Both the position numbers and the translations under genes were made by a program. 64,000 bases of DNA from Phoronis australis. Its lineage: Eukaryota > Animalia > Phoronida. How positions within the stretch are numbered: the first letter of the stretch is position 1; every line of letters begins with the position of its first letter. This document shows, in pieces, positions 13,001 to 25,000 of this stretch. Below the pieces are notes generated by a model. The model was given only the letters and a program-made list of their open reading frames with translations. It did no database searches and was not told the origin of the DNA. The stretch covers positions 573,189 through 637,188 of the forward strand of contig NMRA01000049.1 of the NCBI GenBank assembly GCA_002633005.1. The letters are read 5' to 3'.

Positions 13001-16000
13001 TTCTGTCCGGGGTAAACTACGTCATCGTCTGCTTTTCAGAGACATGTAAGACTCTGTTTTCTTTATTTTCATTTGCCTGTCCAGCTTCAAAACTCTATTT
13101 GAGTACAGGTACCCTGTCCAGTCTTCTTTTCATATGCGCTTGAATCCTCACCTCAGGTTGGAAGTGGAGGATGTGTCAAGTGTCAAACTCAATAAAGTCT
13201 CACTAATTTATGTATTGCAGAGAAGTCGCATTTTTTCTCTCATAATGAAAAAAGGCTGAACATGGGTGTTATTTTCGTCCAAAATTAGTGAGGTTCCATG
13301 AGATAATGCCAAAAGTGTAGTTCAATGAAGGTGGAAGTCTATGCTTTTATGCTAACGGTCCTTGTTTGTACATTTGGGTCAAGTGTTGGCTGAATGTATG
13401 TCGCTACTCCACCTTCAATTGTGCTTTAAAGAATGACTTCAAAAACGCAGCTTGATGTTCACATTTTTATTTCTGTTGTCTGAAGGTCCAAACCAGTCTT
13501 CTCTTAATCTGTATGTGGACCTTGATTGAACAGAAATAAAAGAAGTAGGAGTTGAAATTGGAGAAAAATTGTGCTCAAGGGAGGGGGGGCTGCTTTGGAC
13601 AATAGTGAAAAAGAAAATTTTGGAGGTCTGCCAAAATCGACAGTAAGTCATTCAGGCTTGAGTTGAGAAAGTGAAATTTGCCGGTACTGGTATCTCTTTG
13701 CTATTCTGTGTCTGAGCAGGCTTTTATTAACTGTACATCCATTCTGGTCATATGATTATTAACACTTGCATTGTTGTTTTAGATTTCTCATTCCCGAAGA
13801 CAGAGACACATTCTTCACAAATGCTCAACGAAGTCGAATGGTGTTTGAAATTCTTAGTCGTGCCCGTTATGAGGAATCGAGAGAAAAGTTTGGTACGTTC
13901 ATGTTGTACAGTAGAAACGTAGTATTCGGGTCGCTGGTAAATCTGGTTTTGTCTCTGAAAACATCCCCTTTTTCACAGACGTATTTGTTCTTTCAAACTA
14001 ATTTTAGAACGCGTTTTTATCCTTTGTTAGAGCTGAAATTAGGTGAAATAATTGCATGGAATTCTCCAGACAACCATGATGCCTTGGTGTTGTGGCATCA
14101 GTGGGAAATTGGCATTACTCCATTGAGTTTGGTCTTGGTGGCGGTTGTACACGTGGGAATGGAGTGAGAACCGCTATGTAATGTGGAAACTATTTCCAGG
14201 AGTGTCCTGATATATTTAAAAAATTGTATGTCTTTCATTTTAGTTTAGCTTCATTTTCTTTGTCATTGATGTCGATTACGGTTCGGTCGATTCTAGATTC
14301 TAGTCGGCCCTCTTCTGAGGTGCACTATGTCAGCAGTGAAGATGACAATACTCGCAGTATTGGTATAAGTTATGTGTTAAATACCATGATACTAACCAGT
14401 GTTTTGTTTTTTCATTTATCAGTCTTTTACTTTTGTGTTATTCATTTGAGTTATTTTCCTTTCACTTTGGATAGTACTTAAGACAAAGCAAGTTGCATTT
14501 TTGACATTATTGTTTGTCGTTTTGCTACTGGGCCTCAAAGCCAACGTTTATTTTTTAATTACGACAAGTTAGTATTCAAATCTGTATTAAGCTAACTCTT
14601 AACTAGATAAAATCTCTTTGCTTGCTCTGATTTGCACTATTTTACCTTTTCAGAGACCAAAATTAGGCCATTTCTTCTGAGGGCAATAAAATATCTTGCA
14701 AACATTTTCGTTTCCTACTTCAGGAAATTTCTGCCATGATCGTGCGTGATTTCATTTTAGATTTTGCATCAATCTGTGCATCATAATTTTCCGGAAAAAA
14801 TGCTCCAACTTTCAACAGTATGGAATTTTGGTAACAGACTCGGTCTGTATAATAGAGACACCTTCGCGTCAAAGAAAACTATGTACAATTGGTTTAAAAA
14901 TCAAGAAACCTGTGGTATCTGGAAGCGCTGAGTATATCAAAAGTGTTCCAAGATTTAGAGAGCTATGCTTTAGACAATTTTGAATATGCGTTTTTTAATT
15001 CTTCATATCAGCAAAATTTCTGAATCTGAAGACCGAGTCTCCTGAAATTTGTTATATTTAGTGTTACTGTAACAATCTGTTGGTAAAAATTTTTAAGTTA
15101 ATACTTGTGAAATTGGTCAAATTGGGACTCATTGCACCTTGGGAGATTTTACGTTATATGTCTAAAGAAATCCACAAGTTTTCAGATACCCTGTGGGATG
15201 TTCTTGTACAGCGTCGACTTTGTCACCAAGTGCTCTAATCGCACTGTAATGCATTAGCCAATCATTTTCCTCCACAAACTCATTGCTGTTGTGTATTGCC
15301 CAGGTATCAAGAGACTGTTGAACAATGGGACCTACACGGCTGCCTTCCCACTCCATGAGGGTGACTACACAAGCATACACTCCATACTGACCCGCGGTCC
15401 GGCTAACGACAGACATGTGAGTCGTGCATTCGTGTACCCAGTGTAGAGAATCAATTGGAATACCGACAGTTACAAAGCAAAAAGTACTGATAATTTTCTA
15501 ATCATTTGCAATTAATTTTCTTCGGAGTCTCTCATCAGGCGAGGGAAAACAAACCCTTAGCTCGGGCCACGTTCTTATTACGGATCCTGAAATCTACAGA
15601 CACCAGTGCAAGTGCCCAAATTGCGCGACCTAGTTCCTAAGTGTTTCGCGAATCTCGGCATGATAATACATGCGGAATGACCTGTAGATACTCTCTGGTA
15701 CTTGGACTATAACTGCCATTGATATCTAATCCAAAACCAATGAGTCATGACTCTTAATCATTTTTCCTCTGATTACAGCTTCTATACGAGTCGTGGGCCA
15801 AGCCGGCTCGCTGGTACAAATACCAGCCTCTTGATCTGATCAGGTATTTAGCTCCAATCTTTTTGTCGCTATAAGATGTTACATGCGTTCATTGTTTTCG
15901 AATTGCTCTCTCATTAACAGCTTTCAGTTGTTCAAGAGAAAAGAATTCTGTCGCTTAGGAAAGAACTATGGTTAGGGAAAGACTTGTGGTTTGTGTGAAG

Positions 16001-19000
16001 TGAAATTTATCACGTGAGAAGACATGTGTTCGTGAAAAATTAACTCTGTGAGAATGCCCTTTCGATTTACGAGTTAGAAAGAGTGGCTTCCAAACATTTG
16101 GCCTGTGGTTCCTGGGAAGTGTTTTTATCTTTTGCTTCTTGGCAGATTTGAATTCATTAGAATTTTTGGTTGTGATGAATCGAAGGGATTTTACTTCCAA
16201 CAATTTGAAGCCGTCCAAATCACTTTAGGGGATCCTCACTTTTCGAGAACCAGTTTTCTCCACTGAATAACAGGCAACAAACTGGTTCTCAAAAGATTGG
16301 AGGCCGTTGTGACTATTGCTGTTAAACTATTTCCTGCATGCTATTCACATCATCAAAGATTTGATATAATTATAAAGTTTGGCAGCAAACTATTCACTAT
16401 ACTGTCGCCGAGCTCCAAACAAGTTTTTGATGGCAATAATGGTATAAAATTAAAAATTAACTACTGTGGCCTTGACCGTGACAACTTGTGCAGTATCACG
16501 GTCAGGATTCTTGAAGTACTGGCATAAAAAACAATTCTCGATTCTGTCGATCATTTTAGAAAGTCAGTTGGCCGTTTTGTAAGAATTTTTTGTTGTTGTT
16601 TCAACACTCCTTTGCGTGCTAACTTGTTCTTGTTGTCAACTGATTAGTTGCTGTGTGTTGTTACAGGAAGTACTTTGGTGAGAAGATAGCCATTTACTTT
16701 AACTGGCTAGGCTTCTATACTTCCATGTTGATCCCCGCGTCCATCGTAGGCGTGATCGTGTTCTTCTACGGCGTGGGTACGATGTTCTCTGACCAGACTG
16801 TGTAAGTTGTGTGTCTTCACTCGTCTGTTATCATTCGCTCATTTCTTCAATACAAGCTTGAATTTCATTGACCTATTTGAGGAACTTAACAAAGGTCCTA
16901 CCTGTGAAAATACGTGCAGTCATGTCACGTGGCACCCTTTTCTCTCTCAAACGCCCAATGCTAGTGAACAGCCTATTTTGATTGTGCTCTTTGTTAGGAT
17001 CATCTACTGACCACTTAGTCATTCGATGAAACCGTTGAACACAAGTTACAATATTTTCCATTAGAGAGCGCCGTCAGATGTGTCTGTCACAACTGTCTCA
17101 TTCTCTTGCTTCACTTCTTCACTAACACTTAAGATGGGCTCAGTCTTAACAGGTAGACGCTACGGCCAAGACTTGATTAACACATGTCTCTTAATTTTAA
17201 ATGTGGCACATTTGAGGAAATACTAGTTTAGACCTCTGTTGTTTTGTGAGAGCAAGATCTGCAGGACGTAATCTGAAACTTTGTTGGACAGGGGGCGCTG
17301 ATTTGACTAAAATGAAAGGCACTTTCTTTCTGCAATACTTCATTAACATGCTTTTTCACAAATCATTTAGACACCCCGTTGCACAACGGTGGCAAATTTG
17401 TCGACATGATGACGGTATCTAATTTGTTCAAAGGTCTGTAAAATCACATTGTTATGAATCCAAATGGCACGTCAACTGTAGGAAGCGCTAAGCATGTGTT
17501 ACTTAATATCATGTTGTCACAGCTTATTGTCAGTTGCTCTGTCAGAATGGTAAGAACTTGCATTTTCTGCTCAGGCAAGGTAACATGTTATATAAATATG
17601 TATTCTTAAAACAGTCATAGAAATATGTATCGCAAGAATTTTCAAGTCTAGTCAGCACAGTTAACAGTTCGAGTCCCGGTTGGTACAGAAATCTTTTCGG
17701 GCTTATATTCATTGGGTCACGTGATGTGGCCACAGGAGGTGTGCTCACCAGACTTATAATGTTTGCTATAACAGGTTATGTTTAGACTGGTGCAGGATAA
17801 TGCATTCAGTTGTCAGACTGTATATACTTATAATGTTTGCTATAACGTTATGTTTAGACTCGTGCAGGATAATGCATTCAGTTGTCAGACTGTATATACT
17901 TATAATGTTTGCCATAACAGGTTATGTTTAGACTGGTGCAGGATAATGCATTCAGTTGTCAGACTGTACATACTTATAATGTTTGCCATAACAGGTTATG
18001 TTTAGACTGGTGCAGGATAACGCATTCAGTTGTCAGACTGTATATACTTATGTTTGCTATAACGGGGTTATGTTTAGACTCATGCAGGATAATGCATTCA
18101 GTTGTCAGACTGTACATACTTATAATGTTTGCCATAACAGGTTATGTTTAGACTGGTGCAGGATAACGCATTCAATTGTCAGACTGTATATACTTATGTT
18201 TGCTATAACGGGGTTATGTTTAGACTCATGCAGGATAATGCATTCAGTTGTCAGACTGTACATACTTATAATGTTTGCCATAACAGGTTATGTTTAGACT
18301 CGTGCAGGATAATGCATTCAATTGCCAGACTGTATATACTTCCAGTTTGGAGATCTGTGACCCGAATAACAAGTTCTATGCGGGCAACATGCAGATGTGT
18401 CCTCAATGTGACGAACGTTGCGGTTACTGGAAACTGAAAACCAGTTGTCTCTATTCGCGTTTCACGTATATTTTTGACAACTACGCCACCTGCGGTTTCG
18501 CCATCTTCATGTCACTTTGGGGTAAGTTGGCGGTCGTTATCACAGCAAGATTTCACCATACGCGAACAGTAGTTAACCTTGTCATGACTTTGGTAGGGTT
18601 GGTAACCTGTTACATCTTTTTGCACACAGTTGGTAGTTACAGGAATTTTGTTTGAGTTGTGTAATTTTGTTGGAATTGTGGTGAAAGACCTGAAGGAAAT
18701 CCGAATATATTTAAGTTTAAATTGTCTGAATAGCAGTATCCGAAGTGTTTTGGACAAGTAGATACTTGTCAATTTTTTTTAACTCTAATGCATTTTTAAT
18801 TTTCATGAAATTTCTTTCAATAGTCGCTCTCATTCAGTTTCGTGTCTTGCGTTAAAAATTAAACTTCCACATGCATGCTTATCATCGGTTCAGTTAGGTG
18901 TGAAAATAATGAAATTTCTGTCATTTAATTAGTTTCAGACTGTGTTGTAATCATTAACTAACTTTAATTAATTTAAAATCATTGAATTCCGACGTAAGTA

Positions 19001-22000
19001 AAAACTTTGTCAAGTGATCTCCTATCACGTCCTAGTGGGTGGTAATGTAGTCAGCAGAGAGTAGTTGACTAGAACTGCCTAGTATCAGTCTAAATGCATT
19101 CATCTGATTGGTTTTGAGTTTTTCATTTTCATCCTCATTGTCATAATCTGCCAATGGCAAGATTTGTTTCATCTCTAGATTACGCTCCCGAAAGGTTCTC
19201 CCTCACATTCACAGTGATGCACAATTCACCTGGGTTGTAGTTTTATCGAGTCGGTGACATAACAACATCATATATATTAAATAGTTATAAAGAAGATCTA
19301 AACAATAAATCTGTGAGTTGTTATACTTGTCAGAGTCACTTAAATTGCTTCCATTGTTTAGACTCGCAAAGTGTGACTAGTTTACTCGTAACACGTGCTT
19401 CAATCGTTTCCACGTTTACGGGTTTTTTTTGTTGTTTCAGCCACTTTCTTCATAGAATTCTGGAAGCGTCGTCAGGCGGAGTTCCAGTACGACTGGGATG
19501 TTGCTGACTACGAAGAGGAGGAGGTAAAGAAATTTCCTGTAGATTGCACTTTGTCTCGCCATTATGTCAACAGTAAAGTGAATGGTTGTAGTGATGATAA
19601 TTACTGTTTTTTCCAAATCGTAAATGGTTGTAGTAATTCTAGGGAGTTACTTTCCTGGCATATGTGACTGTGGAAGTTTTGCATAAAACACATTGGCATA
19701 ACTGTAGTCTAAATGCCGTGTACTTCCAAATGTTGTTGTGCAGAGATAGTTTGGTTGTTCGGAAAACGTGAAACATGAAGTGGTGGTTTGTTCACAAAGT
19801 GCCACAATTTCTTTTGAGGGTAGAATGTTATTTTGTTCGGAAACGCAGTAAAAGTGAGGATTTCTCAGCTGGTCTCAAATTACATTTCTTATTATTTAGT
19901 TGACAGAGTTCGGACTTAGCAGCACAAGCCAAGTTGCAAAAAGCCTCTGTTATTGTTACTTTTTGTGGGCTTTGAAATGAGAAGTAGCAAAGTGTTGACA
20001 TGAATTATTTTAAAGATTGTTTTGAAGTAGTGAGAAGCTTTTTATTCTACGATTTGGCTTCACGTTCGGAGCAAAAATTGCCAGGTTCTGTTGTTAGCTC
20101 ATGCATTTTAAAGACCTCTTTTACCAAGCTCGTTCTCAGAATGTCCGAGCTCATTAGACTATTAGTTGATGAAACGAGATAAGACCTAGTGGAAAAAATG
20201 CCGCAAGTGCAGCACTCTCTGCAGGGTTCTTACTCGGTTTTTGTCATATTTTCTTATTGGGACCTACCTTGGTGACAGGCCCTTAATGTCTGGTACAGTG
20301 CATGGCCAGCAAGATCACTTTTGTGACGACTTTGTTTCAGCAAAACATTCGTCCGGAGTTCGAGGCGGCCGTACGGCACAAGAAAAAGAACCCTGTAACT
20401 CAGGAGTATGAGCCGTTCCTGCCACTTTTCTCAAAGATACCTCGCTGGGCCTCTTCATTCGTCGTCATTCTATTCATGGTAAGAAGTGATAAATGAATCT
20501 AGGAACGGTGGAATGCTTTATTGAGGGATGTGCACCTGGTCATAGCTGGGATTGTTGTAAGGTTGTAATAGGAAATCCAGTGCTGTGATGTTTTTTTTTG
20601 ATTACAAAACATTGCAAACATGAATTCGATCACAGTTGATATTCAGGCTAAAGTACCATCTTCGAATTGTGTGGTAGTAAAAATAGAAGATGCAACAATT
20701 GCATTGCAACAGGCTTTGATAAATTTGGTCTCCTGGTGGTAAGGCTACAACAGGTACCCCAAATTACTTGGGACTGGGGTTCCTCTGCTGATAAGTGACG
20801 ATTCGCGTCTTGTTTTAGTCTGAAAAATCCAACTAAATAGGGTAAATAATAATGAGATGGTGACTGGCACGAAAATCTTTTCTATCAAATCAATGATATG
20901 TTTATTAATTCTTGCATCTAGTACCAACTACGGTACCTGGGACAGCGATGAGCACAGCAGATCGATAATGACCTTTTGACCTGCTTTTATGTGCCACAGC
21001 GTCTACAATAACTCGCTGAATTAACAAACTGACTCAAAAATAGAAAGTAGCCCAACTCATTTTGACACCTTAAAAGCAACTGCGTGTGTGGCCAGACTTA
21101 TGTACCATCNNNNNNNNNNNNNNNNNNNNNNNNNNNNNNNNNNNNNNNNNNNNNNNNNNNNNNNNNNNNNNNNNNNNNNNNNNNNNNNNNNNNNNNNNNN
21201 NNNNNNNNNNNNNNNNNNNNNNNNNNNNNNNNNNNNNNNNNNNNNNNNNNNNNNNNNNNNNNNNNNNNNNNNNNNNNNNNNNNNNNNNNNNNNNNNNNNN
21301 NNNNNNNNNNNNNNNNNNNNNNNNNNNNNNNNNNNNNNNNNNNNNNNNNNNNNNNNNNNNNNNNNNNNNNNNNNNNNNNNNNNNNNNNNNNNNNNNNNNN
21401 NNNNNNNNNNNNNNNNNNNNNNNNNNNNNNNNNNNNNNNNNNNNNNNNNNNNNNNNNNNNNNNNNNNNNNNNNNNNNNNNNNNNNNNNNNNNNNNNNNNN
21501 NNNNNNNNNNNNNNNNNNNNNNNNNNNNCAAGATTTGTTTCATCCTCATTGTCATAATCTGCCAATGGCAAGATTTGTTTCATCCTCATTGTCATAATCT
21601 GCCAATGGCAAGATTTGTTTCATCCTCATTGTCATAATCTGCCAATGACAAGATTTGTTTCATCCTCATTGTCATAATCTGCCAATGGCAAGATTTGTTT
21701 CATCCTCATTGTCATAATCTGCCAATGACAAGATTTGTTTCATCCTCATTGTCATAATCTGCCAATGGCAAGATTTGTTTCATTTCCAGATTACACTCCC
21801 GATAGGTTCTCCTTCACATTCACAGTGATGCACAATTCAGCTGGGTTGTAGTTTTATTGAGTCGGTGACATAGCAACATCATATATATTAAATAATTATA
21901 AAGAAGATCTAAACAATAAATCTGTGAGTTGTTATACTTGTCAGAGTCACTAAAATTGCTTCCATTGTTTAGACTCGCAAATTGTGACTAGTTTGCACGT

Positions 22001-25000
22001 AATACGTGCTTCAATTATTTCCACATTTACAGGTTATTTTTGTTGTTTCAGCCACTTTCTTCATAGAATTCTGGAAGCGTCGTCAGGCGGAGTTCCAGTA
22101 CGACTGGGATGTTGCTGATTACGAAGAGGAGGAGGTAAAGAAATTGCCATTATGTCAACAGTAGAGTGAATGGTTGTAGTGATAATAATTACTGTTTTTA
22201 CTAAAAAGTAAATGGTTGTAGTAATTCCAGGGAGATACTTTCTTGGCATATGTGACGGTGGAAGTTTTGCATAAAACACATTGGCATAACTGTTGTCCAA
22301 ATACCATGTACTTCCAAATGTTGTTGTGCAGAGACAGTTTGGTTGTTCAGAAAACGTGAAACATGAAGCGGTGGATTGTTCACAAAGTGCCACAATTTCT
22401 TTTGAGTGTAGAATGTTATTTTGTTCGGAAACGCAGTAATAGTGAGGATTTCTCAGCTGGTCTCAAATTACATTTCTTATTATTTAGTTGACAGAGTTCG
22501 GACTTAGCAGCACAAGCCAAGTTGCAAAAAGCCTCTGTTTTTGTTACTTTTTTGTGGGCTTTGAAATGAGAAGTAGCAAAGTGTTGACATGAATTATTTT
22601 AAAGATTGTTTTGAAGTGGTGAGAAGCTTTTTATTCTACGATTTGGCTTCAAGTTCGGAGCAAAAATTGCCAGGTTCTGTTGTTAGCTCATGCATTTTAA
22701 AGACCTCTCTTACCAAGCTCATTCTCAGAATGTCCAAGCTCATTAAACTATTAGTTGAGGAAACGAGATAAGACCTAGTGGAAAAAATGCCGTAAGTGCA
22801 GCACTGTCTGCAGGGTCCTTACACGGTTTTTGTCATATTTTCTTATTGGGACCTACCATGGTGACAGGCCCTTAATGTCTAGTACAGTGCATGGCCAGCA
22901 TGATCACTTTTGCGACGACTTCGTTTCAGCAAAACATTCGTCCGGAGTTCGAGGCGGCCGTACGGCACAAGAAAAAGAACCCTGTAACTCAGGAGTATGA
23001 GCCGTTCCTGCCACTTTTCTCAAAGATACCTCGCTGGACCTCTTCATTCGTCGTCATTCTATTCATGGTAAGAAGCGATAAATGAATCTAGGCAACGGTG
23101 GAATGCTTTATTGAGGGATGTGCACCTGGTCATAGCTGGGATTGTTGTAAGGTTGTAATAGGAAATCCAGTGCTGTGATGTTTTTTTTGATTACAAAACA
23201 TTGCAAACATGAATTCGATCATAGTTGATATTCACGCTTAAGTACCATCTTCGAATTGTGTGGTAGTAAAAATAGAAGATGCAACAATTGCGTTGCAACA
23301 GGCTTTGATAAATTTGGTCTCCTGGTGGTAAGGCTGCAACAGGTACCCCAAATTACTTGGGACTGGGGTTCCTCTGCTGTTAAGTGACGATTCGCGTCTT
23401 GTTTTAGTCTGAAAAATCCAACTAAATAGGGTAAATAATAATGAGATGGTGACTGGCACGAAAATCTTTTCTATCAAATCAATGATATGTTTATTAATTC
23501 TTGCATCTAGTAACAACTACGGTACCTGGGACAGCGATGAGCACAGCAGATCGATAATGACCTTTTGACCTGCTTTTATGTGCCACAGCGTCTACAATAA
23601 CTCGCTGAATTAACAAACTGACTCAAAAATAGAAAGTAGCCCAACTCATTTTGACACCTTAAAAGCAACTGCGTGTGTGGCCAGACTTATGTACCATCCA
23701 ACAAAGACCAAAATGGACAAGACGACGAGTCAGTACAATAATGTACACATTCAGTTAGCTAAGTATAAAATATTCACCAGGAGGCACATTGGCTATGGTC
23801 AAACATTTGAGCAGAAACACTTCATTGATGTAAGTATTACAACGCCAGAACAACAAATGACTCCTGGTCCTAGCTAATCATTACTTGCCCCTCTGGCTAA
23901 GAAGTGCCTGGGCATGCCTGCTACTTTAATTGCTAGTGAACAGGTGGTTTCTAGAGGTGGTGTTACGGCCCAGAGAACAGTCATGTTATGAACAAGTAAG
24001 CCGGCTAGTGTTTTTGAAAACCAACATGTATGGCACGTCATTGTATACTTACAACTCATTTTCAAAGAAATAACAAAAAAGTTTGGTTCCAATAATGTTT
24101 CCACCATGAAATTAGAATGGAAAGTGTCATGAATAATTTCAAATTTTGTTTTGAGTAATAGATGAGACCCCGGACGCTGATTTCACCAGTCTGTAGCATG
24201 TTTTTTCACTTTGTTTTCTCAGTTACTCTCATTATAGAATCCACCTTGTTCTTTCCCATTTCAGATCGTGTTGGTGTTGGCAGCCATATTTGGCGTGATC
24301 CTCTATCGTATCGTCGTCGTGGTATTGCTCTATTCGACCAAAGTCGAAGTCGTCATGAAAACAGCAGGCATCGTCAAGTCTATCACGGCAGCCATAATAT
24401 CCCTTGTGATCATTACTATACTGAACAAGGTAAGACATTGGATCATTGCTATACTGAACAAGGTAAAACAATGGACCATTGTCAAGACTATCATGGCAGC
24501 CATAATATCCCTTGTGATCATTACTATACTGAACGAGGTAAGACATTGGATCATTGTATGCGGTGTTCAGTGGTATCAAGTTCAATCTGTGTTATTTACA
24601 TTTTAATTGGCAATATTGACATATGCTTCAGTAGCGCCATGAGATGTCACTTTTTTTCTGCTGACATCACATTTGCCATCAGCAAGAGATGGCTTGCGTA
24701 TCGATTACCGTTGGTCTTGAAATATTGATGATCTCCTGAAAAAAATAGTGTTGTTGTATATTATATGAATGCATGGGTCCGTCCATAAATCTATTGCTGA
24801 ATTTACTTTTTATTTGTTAAGTTTGATTCAGTAAATGAATCGAAGAGATTTGAGAATTGATGTTCCCAAATCCCCACCTTGAAGTGGTTTTTTGAAGTCA
24901 AATTTGATTTTCCATTATGCACTGAGCTTGCAGAACCAAATCAAATTTCTGTATAATTTTGATTTTTTCAGGTATACGAAAAAGTGGCCTACTACCTTAC

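Larger units (their letters stand above)
19128..23699. repeat. ~2-kb near-identical duplication across an N gap (21110-21528), carrying two exons
   Basis: ~19128-21109 vs ~21740-23699; first copy ends exactly at the gap. Confidence 0.9.

Noticed and set aside
12195-13170. Possible transposase relic (short ORFs on both strands)
   Set aside because: No recognisable motif or TIR pair I could support
21070-21637. Long ORFs in the track
   Set aside because: Artefacts of the N run
21529-21783. CRISPR-like array
   Set aside because: Head-to-tail 40-bp units with no unique spacers, in eukaryotic context; the same applies to 17750-18341, 25038-25274 and 50150-50440
22052-23067. Duplicated EFWKRRQ and QNIRPEFE exons as alternative exons
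   Set aside because: Introns are nearly identical too and the boundary is an N gap, unlike the diverged five-exon cassette
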